Shown piece after piece: positions 45,301 through 57,180 of a stretch of 64,000 bases of DNA. Made by a program: the position numbers and the translations under genes. The stretch lies in the NCBI GenBank assembly GCA_000004985.1, contig GG738885.1, one strand, 5' to 3'. This DNA is from Naegleria gruberi (lineage: Eukaryota). Each line of letters opens with the position of its first letter. Positions within the stretch are counted from its first letter, which is position 1. The notes beneath the pieces are model-generated. The model made no database searches. It was not told the origin of the DNA and worked only from the letters and a program-made list of their open reading frames with translations.

Positions 45301-46377
45301 ATGAAATTACAGAAAATTCTAATACTCGATGGAGGTATTTCTACATACATGACAGAATTAGGACTAGAATTGAATGGTTCCTTGTGGGGAGCAAATTATT
45401 TACTGGAAAATCCGAAAGCCATCGCGAAGGTACATTCCGATTATGTTCATGAGGGATTGTGTGATATTTGCACAAGTAGTAGTTATCAAATTTCTCAGGA
45501 GGGACTTGCTGCTGATCATGTTTCAATGAAGGAGGAGGAAAGAATTGAATTGGCCAGTAGGATGTTTCGGGATTCTGTTCAGATTGCTAGAAAAGTTGTT
45601 AGAGAGAAGGAGAAATTGGTGGCTGCAAGTGTTAGTTGTTTTGGAGCATCAATTTCAAATTTACTTGGAGAGGCAAAGGAATATTTTGGTGATTATTTGG
45701 ATGAGGATGCTGATTCGAATAGTGGACATTATGTTCACAAGTTTGTGAAACAATTGAGTGAAAAATTGGGTGAAACTTTGGAAAAATCTGGAATGGAACA
45801 AGTAATTTATGATTTTCACTATCCAAGAGTGAGAGAATTGATATTGGCTGAGCCAGATTTTATCTTGTTGGAGACAATGCCTGTTTTGAAGGAAGTTGAA
45901 ATTTTATGTGATCGAGTCATTCCAGATATTTTGAAGGAGTTGAATAAGAAAGGTATCAAAGTGATGATATCATTCTATTGTAAAGATGGCTTACACACTG
46001 GACATGGAGAAAGTATTGAGAAATGTGTCGAGTATGTCAATCAAGATAGGTTTAATCCATCATTATTTGAGATTTTTGCTGTTGGGGCAAACTGTATTTC
46101 TCCATCTATAGTTCCAATTTTAATTGAAAATATTCACACTCATCTCAGAAAGGATATTTCCATCATTCTCTATCCTAACAGTGGTGAAATTTACGATAAT
46201 CTCACAAAATCTTGGAGCATACCACAGGGTGGATTGGATTGGCTTTATGATAGAGATTTTATTCCATTCATCAAGAAATGGAGTGAAAACCATCCAGAAA
46301 GAAAGTTGGTAATTGGTGGCTGTTGTAGAACTAATCCAAGAAATATTAAGAAATTGGCCAATTCCTTAAACCATTAG
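45301..46377 (+). CDS. homocysteine S-methyltransferase (Pfam S-methyl_trans family)
   Basis: The N-terminus is ILDGGISTYMTELG...LWGANYLLENPKAIAKVHSDYVHEGLCDICTSSSYQ. The C-terminal zinc-ligand motif is VIGGCCRTNPRNIKKL. Confidence 0.7.
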   Translation: MKLQKILILDGGISTYMTELGLELNGSLWGANYLLENPKAIAKVHSDYVHEGLCDICTSSSYQISQEGLAADHVSMKEEERIELASRMFRDSVQIARKVVREKEKLVAASVSCFGASISNLLGEAKEYFGDYLDEDADSNSGHYVHKFVKQLSEKLGETLEKSGMEQVIYDFHYPRVRELILAEPDFILLETMPVLKEVEILCDRVIPDILKELNKKGIKVMISFYCKDGLHTGHGESIEKCVEYVNQDRFNPSLFEIFAVGANCISPSIVPILIENIHTHLRKDISIILYPNSGEIYDNLTKSWSIPQGGLDWLYDRDFIPFIKKWSENHPERKLVIGGCCRTNPRNIKKLANSLNH

Positions 46378-46414
46378 ATATTGCAATATTATAAATAGAA
46401 AAACTTGAAAAAAA

Positions 46415-47626
46415 ATGGCAACAGATCCAACAGACTCATACCGATTCGACGAACCAGTACTTTTTGAAACTATAGAACTAGATGAAGCCTTACTTGTGGA
46501 AAAACATTCCGCCTTAATGACGACATCTTTGTCACCATTCAGGACCACAACAATACCCAAAATGCTCCCTTACACCGAACTACCAAGAGATTTTTCCAAA
46601 ATTTGCTTGGGCTCTGTGATAGTGAAGAGTATGTTTACACCACATGATGATGAGCACATTACTAATTTACCACTAATTGGTGCCGGGTCTTTACTTTCTC
46701 CAATTATGAAAAATTGTGGCTCAAAGGTTTTCATTTCAACTGCACTCCACAATGTTTTAAAGCTTGGAAATTCTTTGGTGAAGTTGGAGGTCCAGTTTGG
46801 TAAACAAGCAGCCCATCCATTATTTGTTTTGTGTGGAAAGATTGTTAGTCATGGAAGACCTTTGTTTCCACTGAAATGTTATCCGAATGAAGATTGGGCT
46901 ATTTTGGAAATACTTGAAAAAACAAGTGGGGAGATTTTTGAAATGTTTATAGATCACCACGATTATACTTTTGTACCAAGCTTTATGATTCCGAGACCTT
47001 CAAAAGTGGAGAAAACTATTCTCAATGATAGATATTCATTGGCTTTGTTCTCCTTTCTTTTGCACCATTATGGACCAACAAGTGAAGATATTGAGGTTTT
47101 GAAACGACAAGGTCATCATGATATTCCTCTCCTAAAGGAACAAATCATGGAATGGATTGAGACTGGTGTAATGTATGGAAGTTTTGGATATGGAACAAAA
47201 ATCTCCAAACAAACTCTCCTTCATTCAGTTGGAACTTTAAGTGCTTGTTCAGGAGCAATGGTTATTGGTGTAGATTTACCATTGGGTAAAGATATGGTTA
47301 TATTTAAGGACCATCTCAAGTCGGTTAGTTTCAATAAGATAAATGCTATTGGAATACATGTTGGTTATGGAGAGGACCAACAACATAATGTGTTGTGTCC
47401 AGTTAGTGTATGGTTTGAAAATTATTATAGAATTGTCTATCCAGAAATTTGTAATTATTTAACCAATGATGACAAAAGAAGAATTCAAAAAGAAGCCATA
47501 TTCATGCAGAGACTGGATAAATATCAAAGACATAAGATGATGACATTAGCATTTTGCGACGTGAAGATTATTTGTCAAGAAAAATCAAATAGCAGAGAAG
47601 ACGGAGCTTGTTGTAAAATAGTTTAA
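46415..47626 (+). CDS. hypothetical protein (possible trypsin-like fold: ACSGAMVIG)
   Basis: 403-aa ORF with an ATG start. No confident domain is recognised. Confidence 0.35.
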   Translation: MATDPTDSYRFDEPVLFETIELDEALLVEKHSALMTTSLSPFRTTTIPKMLPYTELPRDFSKICLGSVIVKSMFTPHDDEHITNLPLIGAGSLLSPIMKNCGSKVFISTALHNVLKLGNSLVKLEVQFGKQAAHPLFVLCGKIVSHGRPLFPLKCYPNEDWAILEILEKTSGEIFEMFIDHHDYTFVPSFMIPRPSKVEKTILNDRYSLALFSFLLHHYGPTSEDIEVLKRQGHHDIPLLKEQIMEWIETGVMYGSFGYGTKISKQTLLHSVGTLSACSGAMVIGVDLPLGKDMVIFKDHLKSVSFNKINAIGIHVGYGEDQQHNVLCPVSVWFENYYRIVYPEICNYLTNDDKRRIQKEAIFMQRLDKYQRHKMMTLAFCDVKIICQEKSNSREDGACCKIV

Positions 47627-47682
47627 GATTGCAATCGAACCCACAAGGGAGTATTTAAATCCAAGTTATCATCAAATTTTAT

Positions 47683-50600
47683 TTAAACAATTTCAATATC
47701 ACAAATTTCAATATTTTCCTTGTGTGAAGAAAGTCTAATGGTTACCATTTGTCTCTTTTCATCTGGTCTCATATAATTAGAAAAGAAGGTACACAAAATA
47801 GTTGTGCCACCAGTTAAGCTTTGGGAATGGCTACTGAAATAATTGGTTGTTGCCTTGTATGTTCCCTTTGGAGCTTTCTTTACCATGTATTCCTCAGGTC
47901 CGTAACCTTGTCTGAAATCTCTACTCACTAATTGGGATAGAGAAAATGAAATTTAACATAATACACCTTGTGAATTACTTACCGTATCCTCCAATTCTTG
48001 TTCTATTATGAGCAAAGTATGCATGTTCCCCGTGTGGAGCTGGCTCATTAACGTGCAAATCCTAATTGAATTATTAATACAAATATCTTACAATAAAACT
48101 TACAATATCCTATAAAGGTGTGATTAACATGTCAAAGTGATTAAAAATACTTACAACCATATCTGTATCCCATGCCATTGAGATACGAATATCCAAATCA
48201 AAGTTATGAATGAATCTCTTATCAATAATTGGAAGATCTGGATTCTTGAGTAAGAGATGGTTCATCTCAGTGGCAACTGTTAATTCAATTTCATCGAAAC
48301 GAGAATCCCATTTGTCAGTGATAACTCTATTGAATAATTTCATAGATTCTTCATACTTTCCCATTCTTTCCTTGACAAGGGCCAAATCTCTGTAAGATTG
48401 AGGCTCGTGTGGTGAAATCTTTTTAATCTTTTCGAATACCCATTCAGCAAGTTCCAATTCATCTGCTTGATCCAAACGATATCCAACAATACGATACAAT
48501 TGAACATTTTCCAATTCCAATTCAGCAACATTTGACAAAACTCTAACTCCCAACTCTCTAGAATTGAGTGATGTGAGGAACATGTCAGCAACATCCAAAT
48601 AGAAAGCTGGTGAATCTCTGTAGGATTTTCTTTGTTTAAGATATTCCTTGTATGGATTACTTGATGATTTGATCAATGAGTAATAAGTAGCATCTGGACT
48701 CCATGCTTTAATTGAGATTGATCCAGAAACACTAGATGATGATTCCTCAACTACACTAGCTACACTGGAGGATTGTTGCTCACTTGATGACAAAATATTT
48801 CTTTGTCTAATATCACCAAGTAATGATGAACTTGCAGTGACGCTACTCTCTGCACAACGAGATCTACTGAGTACAGGTGAAATAGCTGATCTACTTATAC
48901 TTTGTGATTGAGGAATACTTGACATGGAAGGTCTTGAAGGAGGGGGACCAGATGATAATGGTGGAGGAACTGCTGTAGACTGTTTTCCTGAAGAAGGTGG
49001 AGGTGGCAAACAGTCAGATCTCATCGATAGAGAAGGTGGAGGTGGAGGTGGACTTGACAAACATTCATCACGACTCATAATTAGTGAGTCGGCACTATTC
49101 TCAGTGCACCACTCTTCACACTCTTCGTCACAACATAACTCCACTTCTTCATTCAATGTAATAGGGCAAGAAACAGCATCCATTCCTGGAGGAGGAGGTG
49201 GAGGTAACAACAGATCATTGCTATTGTTATTATTATTATTATTATTGTAGATATTAATGGAACCAGTTGTTGTAATTTCACTTGTAGTACTTGTAATTGT
49301 ACTTGAAGGTAATTCATTGAGTCTAATTTCATTTACAGTTTGACGAATAGGTTGAATTTCTGGCAATTTAAAGTCAGTTTTGTGCCAATCGACACGTTGC
49401 TTCCACATTGAAAGAATTCTTTCAGTCTTTTGTTGTTCTTGTTTGAGTTTTGAATCAGCTTCTTCCTTCTTGAGCTTTTTAAACTCACCCAAAACAAGTG
49501 GAAGAGACTCTGGTGGAGTAATGTCATGTTTCAAGTATTGATCTAACTTTTCCAAAACTACAAGTGAAGAAGAATCAGTTACAATTCTGAAATCAAAGCC
49601 AATTTGTTTGATTTCTTCCTTAAATAAGTGTGGGAATGCTGAGAGACATTCAATTTTCTTTTGAGCCCACAAATAAGGAACAATTGGAGCATCAGTTTGA
49701 GTCATTTCACTAATTGGAAGGACAAGTTCTTGTACATGGAAGACGTTTGATCCGTATCTGAAGGAAACAGCAAGTTTTGTACTGGAATTGGTTGATTTCT
49801 TATTGAACATACCATAGAGTTTGAAGATTTCTCCTTCGACCAAGGTAATTGGTTCATTTGGATAAACTTCTGTCAAGTCTGCATCTTCAAAATCTGCAAC
49901 TGCAAATGAAAGCACTGGTTTACCAATGGAATTAATAAGTTCGTCATCGCTCAATTCATTAGCATTCAAATAAATGCCACCACTCTTTGTGGAAATGTGT
50001 TTCAATAGAGTTGAGTTGACAATTGAAGAAAAGTTGACAAAGTAAATTGGCTTTCCGAATGAGCACATTGGTCCAATTTCATGTCCAAATGTATGGACAC
50101 CATCTGTAAAGGCAATGCAGTAATCTACACTATCATTCAATAAATTCTTATCAAAGAGTAACATGTTAGATCCACCATCATAGACAAACTCTTCAGATTC
50201 GACATATTTCAATAAATCATCAATATTGGTGAATGTTTGACTCTTAATGGTGGTACAACTGAATTGAGTCAATTCAATAGAGGTAGCACCTACACCTTCA
50301 ATGATCTTTCTAAGTTTGGCAACTTTCTTTGAGTGTGCTGCTTCTTGAGAAAGAGAGCAATCCCAAACAAGTTGAATCTTGTCTCCAATTCTTGATTGAT
50401 TCTTCAATTGTTCTGGAATTTTAGGAACTGGAACTGATGTCATGAAATAACCATTCTCAACTGCCAAGAGAATGTCATTGACACTTGTGGCTTCCTTCTT
50501 GATTGAGAAATTGAAACCTGCCATGTTTTCGCTCATTTGGTTTTTAGTAATTTGGAAATAGGCGCTTCTCTTACTGACATTCTTGCTTGTCCACAATAAT

Positions 50601-51493
50601 TGATTTTCCTTCTCAATCTTTTCTCCACCAAATTTAGATAAACTCATTGACAATTCAGTTTCATATCCTTGTAGAGAAGTTTCATTCAATGTGAATTCAA
50701 TATTGGTATCAGAACGTAACTTTTCAAAATCCAAATATGCAACTGGAATGAAAACACTTCCTTGGAGAGTTCCTGTTTCTTGATCTTTAGATTCAACTTT
50801 TTCTTTCAACATCATTTGATATTTGACTTGAACTGTCTTGTCTTGATTTGGATGCATTGGATAAACCTTTGTCTTGAAACAATTAGAAGCTTGAGTCAAC
50901 TTTTCAACAATTGAAACAGTTCCTCCAGCTCTAACTTCACTTTCGAATACAGCTTTTGCCTTTTCCTTCTCAACTGGGACAGCATCAACCAATTTACCAT
51001 TCACTTCCATTGCATAACCCATCATAGTTGCTCCATCAGGCATTGGCAACACTAATTCACCTTCAATTGTTTTACCATGTGGACTATTAAATGTCATAGT
51101 AGAAACCACTTGAACAATAGGATAAGTAACATGACATTTAACATGATGAGAAACTAATGGCAACAATGTGGATGCTTTATCGGAAAACTTCTCTCCAGTT
51201 ACTTGGACATGAATAAAACTATCGGTTGGAAGATCCTTCTTGCTGGTAGTAGTTGTGGTTGCAATTTCTTTTTTGTCATCGGTTGCATTTGTGGTTGTAT
51301 TTGTAGTTGAACTAATTGATGGTTGACTTGTTTCTTGTGGTTTGTCCAAAACTTCAGTTTTTGCTGGAGTTGTTGCCGTTGGTTGTTTGCTGGATGTTGT
51401 TTCTGTGTTGTTTGGTGTCGTTGATGATTTTTCAAGTTCACTTATTTCTTCATCGACAGCAGCTGCTGATTTCTTACTTTTAAAAAAGCCCAT
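47683..51493 (-). CDS. VIT + von Willebrand A domain protein with poly-Pro/Ser linker and conserved C-terminal region; 3-4 exons
   Basis: The main exon is 48110..51493 (on the minus strand it runs from 51493 down to ~48141; the ORF-track stop at 48110 is intronic). A VIT-like block is HVKCHVTYPIVQVVSTMTFNSPHGKTIEGELVLPMPDGATMMGYAMEVNGK. A vWA-like block is QLVWDCSLSQE...FVYDGGSNMLL. PPPPPP runs are present. At the 3' end, a donor GTAAGT after ...DTDMV is followed by a small exon (~48004..48082, DLHVNEPAPHGEHAYFAHNRTRIGGY), another GTAAGT intron, and a final exon 47683..47928. All junctions are phase-consistent. Confidence 0.6.
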
Positions 51494-51708
51494 TTTTTTT
51501 TTTTGATTTTCTGAGATTATGTTAACTCCATCTGTTCTTTTTATGATCTAAAGGAAGAAGGATGTGTGAACATGATCCAGGGAGTTACGATTAGTTCTTC
51601 GAGACCAAAAATTCACTAAAACAATGGCTTGTAAGCAAATGGTAATAGATAACTCCTCTATGACTTTTGATAATGAGAAATAATCATCATTTAAGTTTTT
51701 TTAATGCG

Positions 51709-51714
51709 AAAAAA
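51709..51714 (-). terminator. Pol III T-run (T6) terminator downstream of tRNA-Ile
   Basis: AAAAAA on the + strand, 5 nt beyond the tRNA 3' end. Confidence 0.5.
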
Positions 51715-51719
51715 CTGCA

Positions 51720-51792
51720 TGCTGACGGACGGGATCGAACCGGCGACCAATGGCTTATTAGACCAACGCTCTACCGACTGAGCTACGCCAGC
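51720..51792 (-). tRNA. tRNA-Ile (anticodon AAT)
   Basis: The minus-strand read is GCTGGCG-TA-GCTC-AGTCGGTA-GAGC-G-TTGGT-CTAATAA-GCCAT-TGGTC-GCCGG-TTCGATC-CCGTC-CGTCAGC-A. The D-arm and T-loop (TTCGATC) are canonical. The acceptor has one G-U pair and the T-stem has one mismatch. Confidence 0.8.
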
Positions 51793-51993
51793 TTCACAAT
51801 GATCTAACACCTTAATGAACTAGCCAAATACCTAATTTCCAATACAAATTATAGTTGTTTTCTTTTAGCTGGTGGGAATTATAAAAGATGTCACATTTCA
51901 AAGAACATCAGAAAACTTGCAAAAAAAATAGCAAACAAAGCAGACAAGATTTTGAAAATTAATTTCGGAGGATGAACTATTCATCAATACAAC

Positions 51994-53173
51994 ATGGAGA
52001 AAGCAAAAAAGAAAAAACTAGTGTCGCTCCAACGAGAAGAAATATTTTCCGATGATATTTGTTTTGAAATAATTTCCATGATTGATAATTCGTGGTTTAT
52101 TTTGAATAATTGTTCCTTGATTTCAAAACAATTCTTTAATGTGATCAAGGAACGTTCAAAACTTTTTATTAAATTTAAAAAGAAATTTACAGAGAAAAGA
52201 ATTAAATTATTCATGAAGAGTCAATTTATGAATAGTATTGTTAATGTTAAATTTTCTAAAAGGTTGTTTGATTCTATAGAAAAACCCACATTCATAACTG
52301 AAATGAAACAATTAACTTCACTTGATATTAGTAACAATCGAATTGGTTATGTAACAGCCGAATCAATAATAAGTGAAATGAAACAGTTAACATCATTTAA
52401 TATTAGTGGAAATAGCATTGATGATGAAACAGCCAAATCAATAACTGAAATGAAACAATTAACTTCACTTGATATTAGTAACAATGGAATTGGTGATGAA
52501 ACAGCCGAATCAATAATAAGTGAAATGAAACAATTAACATCATTTAATATTGGTGGAAATATCATTGGTGATGAAGGAGCCAAATCAATAAGTGAAATGA
52601 AACAATTAACATCACTTAGTGTTAATAACAGTGGAATTGGTGTAGCAGGAGCCAAATTTATAAGTGAAATGAAACAACTAACATTACTTGATATTGGTGA
52701 AAATTCAAGTGGTGTAGCAGGAGCCAAATTTATAAGTGAAATGAAACAATTAACATCACTTAATATTGGTGGAAATAGCGTTGGTGTAGAAGGAATCAAA
52801 TATATAAGTGAAATGAAACAATTAACATCACTTACTATTTATAACAGTGGAATTATTGAAATTAACACTACTTGATATTGGTAGAAATGATATTGGTGAT
52901 GAAGGAATCAAATCAATAATTGAAATGAAACAATTAACTAAACTTGATATTAGTGGAAATAGCATTGGTGTAGAAGGAGTAAAATCAATACGAAAACTGA
53001 AACAATTAATATCACTTGATATATGCTACAACGAAATTGGTGTAGAAGGAGCCAAATCAATACGTAAAATGAAACAATTAACATCACTTGCTATTCGTGA
53101 AAATGGTATTCGTGATGAAGGAGCCAAATTTATATTTGGAATGAAGCAATTAAAATCACTTGATATTCAGTAG
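51994..53173 (+). CDS. F-box-like + LRR (RI-type) protein, inverted paralog of 21316..22332; reading frame broken near 52855-52865
   Basis: ORF 51994..52875 has an N-terminus more than 95% identical at nucleotide level to the 21316..22332 gene. ORF 52847..53173 continues the LRRs in another frame. The junction NSGIIEINTT lacks about 8 nt relative to the repeat consensus (gaaat[gaaacaat]taaca). Confidence 0.7.
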
Positions 53174-53402
53174 TATTATACAGTCAATCTTTTTTGTTAA
53201 GCACTACATATGTCTAATTCTGAGCAATGTGAAGAATGGACTTGGTTGTTGAAAAAACTATGAAGTGGAGCTTGTCTAATTGATAAGAAAACCTAATACG
53301 GAAGTGAAAGTACCAACCGGCAGTATCTTCATCAGTTCAACCATTGTAAATAATTGTAAATAGTCCAAAAAAATCAAACAATCCACACAAAAAGCCAAAA
53401 AA

Positions 53403-54233
53403 ATGGGATCCCGATCTTCCACTCCTTCAAAACATAAATCAAACACAGCCACTCAACAACAAATGTCAGTCGCTAAACCTTCTGCAGAAGAGAAACCAGC
53501 CATCATTATTGATAATGACAAAATATCCTATCCAATAATTGCTCTCGGAGATTCCATTACTAAAGGTTACTATGCTCGGGGAACAAACTTTCATCCCTAT
53601 TCTGTTAAATTAAATCAATTAATTTCCAAGGCTAGTACAAGAGTTTATGAATTTGGATTATCGGGAGAAACAACAGAAAAGATGAAGGAAAGATTGAAAC
53701 GATTGATTGATAAAAAACCGAGTATTGATGATCAATTGGCGCACTTTATTGGAGATAATTATGATAATATTCCAGAAAATGATAGAGGACCAATGCACCT
53801 TCCTATTAATGAGTTTAGGGGTGCCATCATTATTGGAGGAACGAATGATCTTGCTTATGGATTTTCAAGTGAAAAGATTGCAAACAATATTATTGGAATG
53901 TATGAGTATTGTTTTTCGAGAAATGTAGATTGGATAGTTGCTTGCTCGATACCTTCTTCAAAATATGATGCAGATGATAGCCCTTCACTGGTGAAAGTGT
54001 TGGAAAAGAAGGCTAAAGTTAATGAACTAGTCAAGGAATATATAAGAGCTGAACAAGAATCAGGAAGAAAAATTATTCATGTTGATTTCATGAATGAATT
54101 GAACTATAGCACATGTTCAGAGGAGGATAAAAACCTGTGGGATGATTCTCTGCATTACACTCCCGCTGGTTCGGATAGAATTGCTGACATTCTCTTTCAA
54201 CATTTGGAAAAAACTGGATGGGTTACAAATTAA
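53403..54233 (+). CDS. SGNH/GDSL-type hydrolase
   Basis: Block I is IIALGDSITKGY (GDS-x). Block III is IIIGGTNDL. Block V is DDSLHYTPAGSDRIA (DxxH). Confidence 0.7.
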   Translation: MGSRSSTPSKHKSNTATQQQMSVAKPSAEEKPAIIIDNDKISYPIIALGDSITKGYYARGTNFHPYSVKLNQLISKASTRVYEFGLSGETTEKMKERLKRLIDKKPSIDDQLAHFIGDNYDNIPENDRGPMHLPINEFRGAIIIGGTNDLAYGFSSEKIANNIIGMYEYCFSRNVDWIVACSIPSSKYDADDSPSLVKVLEKKAKVNELVKEYIRAEQESGRKIIHVDFMNELNYSTCSEEDKNLWDDSLHYTPAGSDRIADILFQHLEKTGWVTN

Positions 54234-55230
54234 TATAATTTGAATTAATTGAACAAATTGGATAATAATAATTTGTTTTTTTATGAGGTCATCTTCCCCT
54301 ACATAACACTTTCCTTTGATTCCATAAATTACAGAATAGTCAATACACTTGGAGAGGCACAATAAGAAACAAATTTGTAGAGCGATTGTTCGAATCTTAC
54401 TGTTTTTCAACATGAACGCAATGAAATGGATAATAACTCATATGGTCGTTCATTTTTGATACCATCTTTGTCATCCCCCTTGCGAGATATTCTTTCTTCA
54501 AGTTCCACCACCTTAAAAGACCACTCACTTGTTTATAGCTTCATCTCTGATTATAATTGATACTACTTCTCTCAATATAGCCACGCTTATTGATACCACA
54601 TTTGATGATCGCAAAGATACCACATCCACAATACACGATATCGAACATTAAGCGAATCTACCTGCGGTTCGAATACCTTAATAAGATTGTTCAATGGTTC
54701 TATTCCGTAGCTCTTTACAACCATATCAGAAAATTTTCGATAAATAAGGCTTGAGAAATTTGTCTGTTCACATGTTTTTGGCCTCCAAAAAACAAGTCTC
54801 CCATGTCGTGGTCTCAGTTCCAGTAGTCCCTTTCTTCCGCTCTAGCATCTTAAGCAAAGCAGGTGATAATGCATTTGTTGGTGAGGCAAAAAGGGGAAAT
54901 TGTTGGTGTTGATGATGTTTTGCTTAAGAAAAAATCAAACAAGGGGTATTCTTCATCATATCACCTTGATTCGCACTTACCATCATACTCATCATCACGT
55001 TCATCGATTAACTGAGGCAATATTATTGCTTAGTGGTGCGGTAATCCTAACATTATTGATTTTTTATTGTCGAAATTCAGATTTTATCTGAGAGAAAACA
55101 TACTTTCTAAAATAATTGGAGTCTAACACTCAGTCGTGTTGTGATTGATAGACTTACAAGGAATTCATTTTCTACTACTCTGCATACATATACTCTTTGA
55201 ATTTTTACAAATCATCTCACCTTAATATCA

Positions 55231-56841
55231 ATGGCATTGGTTATAGTGGATCCAGATGGAAAATCACCTTCCTATATAAATGATATTCGATCATCTCAAC
55301 AGCATCAACAACGGGAGCAGGTTTCCACCGATCATTTATTGATTCATCATCAACATTTATCCAACTCTGCATTAGATGCATCACCAACACAATGTGAGCT
55401 ATCATGCAACCACCCCATCTCTCGTACAATTCCAATGCATCATAATGTTACTATGGGAGCCTCAACTTTGTTAACAACACACTCAGTCGGCGCTCAAGAC
55501 AAATGCCCAGAGAAGGATATATCAAGAATGAATAGCTCCATAAATACGTATGACCTTAATCAATACTCACCTAGACCAAATATGCCCAGTGAACCCTCGC
55601 GCTCTGATGGCGAATTATCTAAAAACGAAGGCACGCAACTCTCAATCTCTGTTCATGGTCACTCTCAATTGTTTACTGTTGACAAAGTGGGGCAATATGT
55701 CCAACAAGTTTATAGCCAAGACCCTAAAAACAGTGAGGATTGCCTTCCAAAATCAGATACTCGAATCTGCACGTTCTCCAAATATCAAAGTAATTTCCAA
55801 TATTACGCAAAAAAAGAAAGTGAACATTATCGCAATCAATCAATGAACTGGGTTCATTCAAACAATCACCTCATGATGATGGATAATAATAAGGGTTCAC
55901 AATTAAACCCATTACAGAAAGATCAACCATCACACTCTTCAACACAGCAGCAGCAATTGTCCCAACATCATCACATAATTGACTCTACTCAGAAAAACAC
56001 CCTTAATTCTCCACAGCATTGCATCATGAACCAAGAGAATAAGTCCATGCCCACTACAATGCCAAATAATACTTCTAGTAGTAGTAGTAGGAGCAGTAAC
56101 ATGGTAAATCATTACATGTCTCCATCAAAGAATCACATCTTAACTCTTAATAATACTATTCCTCTCACAACTACCTCATCATGTACATCAACTAAAATCA
56201 TATCTACCTCTTCACTCTCTGAAACAAATCAACAAATCACATGTCCTACAAATCATCATGTTCTCCAGCAACACATGTACCCATCCTCTCAACATGCCTT
56301 AACAACATTGGGATCCTGCTCTGGTAGCTCATGTAACAACAGCTTGAGTGGAGGGGAAGAGAATAGTACCACAACAACCAGTGAAAAGGTTCAAAGCTCA
56401 CAAACCAAAACAAGCAATAGCAGGTCGAGAGCAACCAAAACTCCTCGTAAAAAGTACCGAAGAAGTCTATGTATTGAGGAGAGAGATTTACTTAGAGTAT
56501 TGCATTTACCACAAACTCAGGCATGTAGCTCGTTGGGGTGTAGTCTTTCAACTTTAAAGAGGAGATTTTACGAACTCAAAGATAAGATTGGTATTGATAA
56601 ATGGCCACAATTCTACAATGATATTAGACATTTAGAGGCCTTTCCACACATTTATCCAATGTCTTTGGAGTTTGTAATGAACGATGAACAAGCCAATGAA
56701 AAATATCTATCAACAGAATGTATGCATGCATTATCAAAAGCATTTGAATGTAGTACATTGGCAAAACCATCACAGAAGGGATATGCCAAATTGGTTTTTG
56801 CTGACCCTTCACATGGCATTTCTAAAAAGAAAAAGAAGTGA
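55231..56841 (+). CDS. low-complexity (Q/S/T/N-rich) nuclear-type protein with C-terminal RWP-RK-like domain
   Basis: The C-terminus SLCIEERDLLRVLHLPQTQACSSLGCSLSTLKRRFYELKDKIGIDKWPQ resembles the RWP-RK motif (L-G-x-S-L-T-T-L-K-R...W-P) in a divergent form. Confidence 0.45.
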   Translation: MALVIVDPDGKSPSYINDIRSSQQHQQREQVSTDHLLIHHQHLSNSALDASPTQCELSCNHPISRTIPMHHNVTMGASTLLTTHSVGAQDKCPEKDISRMNSSINTYDLNQYSPRPNMPSEPSRSDGELSKNEGTQLSISVHGHSQLFTVDKVGQYVQQVYSQDPKNSEDCLPKSDTRICTFSKYQSNFQYYAKKESEHYRNQSMNWVHSNNHLMMMDNNKGSQLNPLQKDQPSHSSTQQQQLSQHHHIIDSTQKNTLNSPQHCIMNQENKSMPTTMPNNTSSSSSRSSNMVNHYMSPSKNHILTLNNTIPLTTTSSCTSTKIISTSSLSETNQQITCPTNHHVLQQHMYPSSQHALTTLGSCSGSSCNNSLSGGEENSTTTTSEKVQSSQTKTSNSRSRATKTPRKKYRRSLCIEERDLLRVLHLPQTQACSSLGCSLSTLKRRFYELKDKIGIDKWPQFYNDIRHLEAFPHIYPMSLEFVMNDEQANEKYLSTECMHALSKAFECSTLAKPSQKGYAKLVFADPSHGISKKKKK

Positions 56842-57180
56842 TTACAAAGTGTTGGGATTGAAAGGTGTAAAGTGAAATAATCGCAAAGTATCTCAAATAA
56901 TTTGAAATCAGATTATTTCCTTGTTAGATATTGGTATCCATCATCTTTTTGTGGTTATTTCATTAATTTTCATAATCATGATATTTCGAGAGATTGTATT
57001 GAGAAGAATTTGTTTGAATGAACATGGAACAAGATATGTCACCTGTTCATCTTCAAATTGAAAGTTCGACAGCAGTTAAAAACGCAAAATGAGGGATTTA
57101 ATGAGTCGACTCTGAAGTGGCGGAAAGAATAATATACAGTAGAGAGGAGAAGTTATAATAATAATAATGGTTTCAATTGT

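Noticed and set aside
48924-49250. G/P-rich ORF on the + strand
   Set aside because: It is antisense to the Pro/Ser-rich linker of the VIT-vWA gene, so it is a low-complexity mirror ORF.
54900-55091. His-rich 63-aa ORF upstream of the RWP-RK-like gene
   Set aside because: It has a non-ATG start and lies in the presumed 5' leader of gene 55231. It is possibly a uORF but is unsupported.
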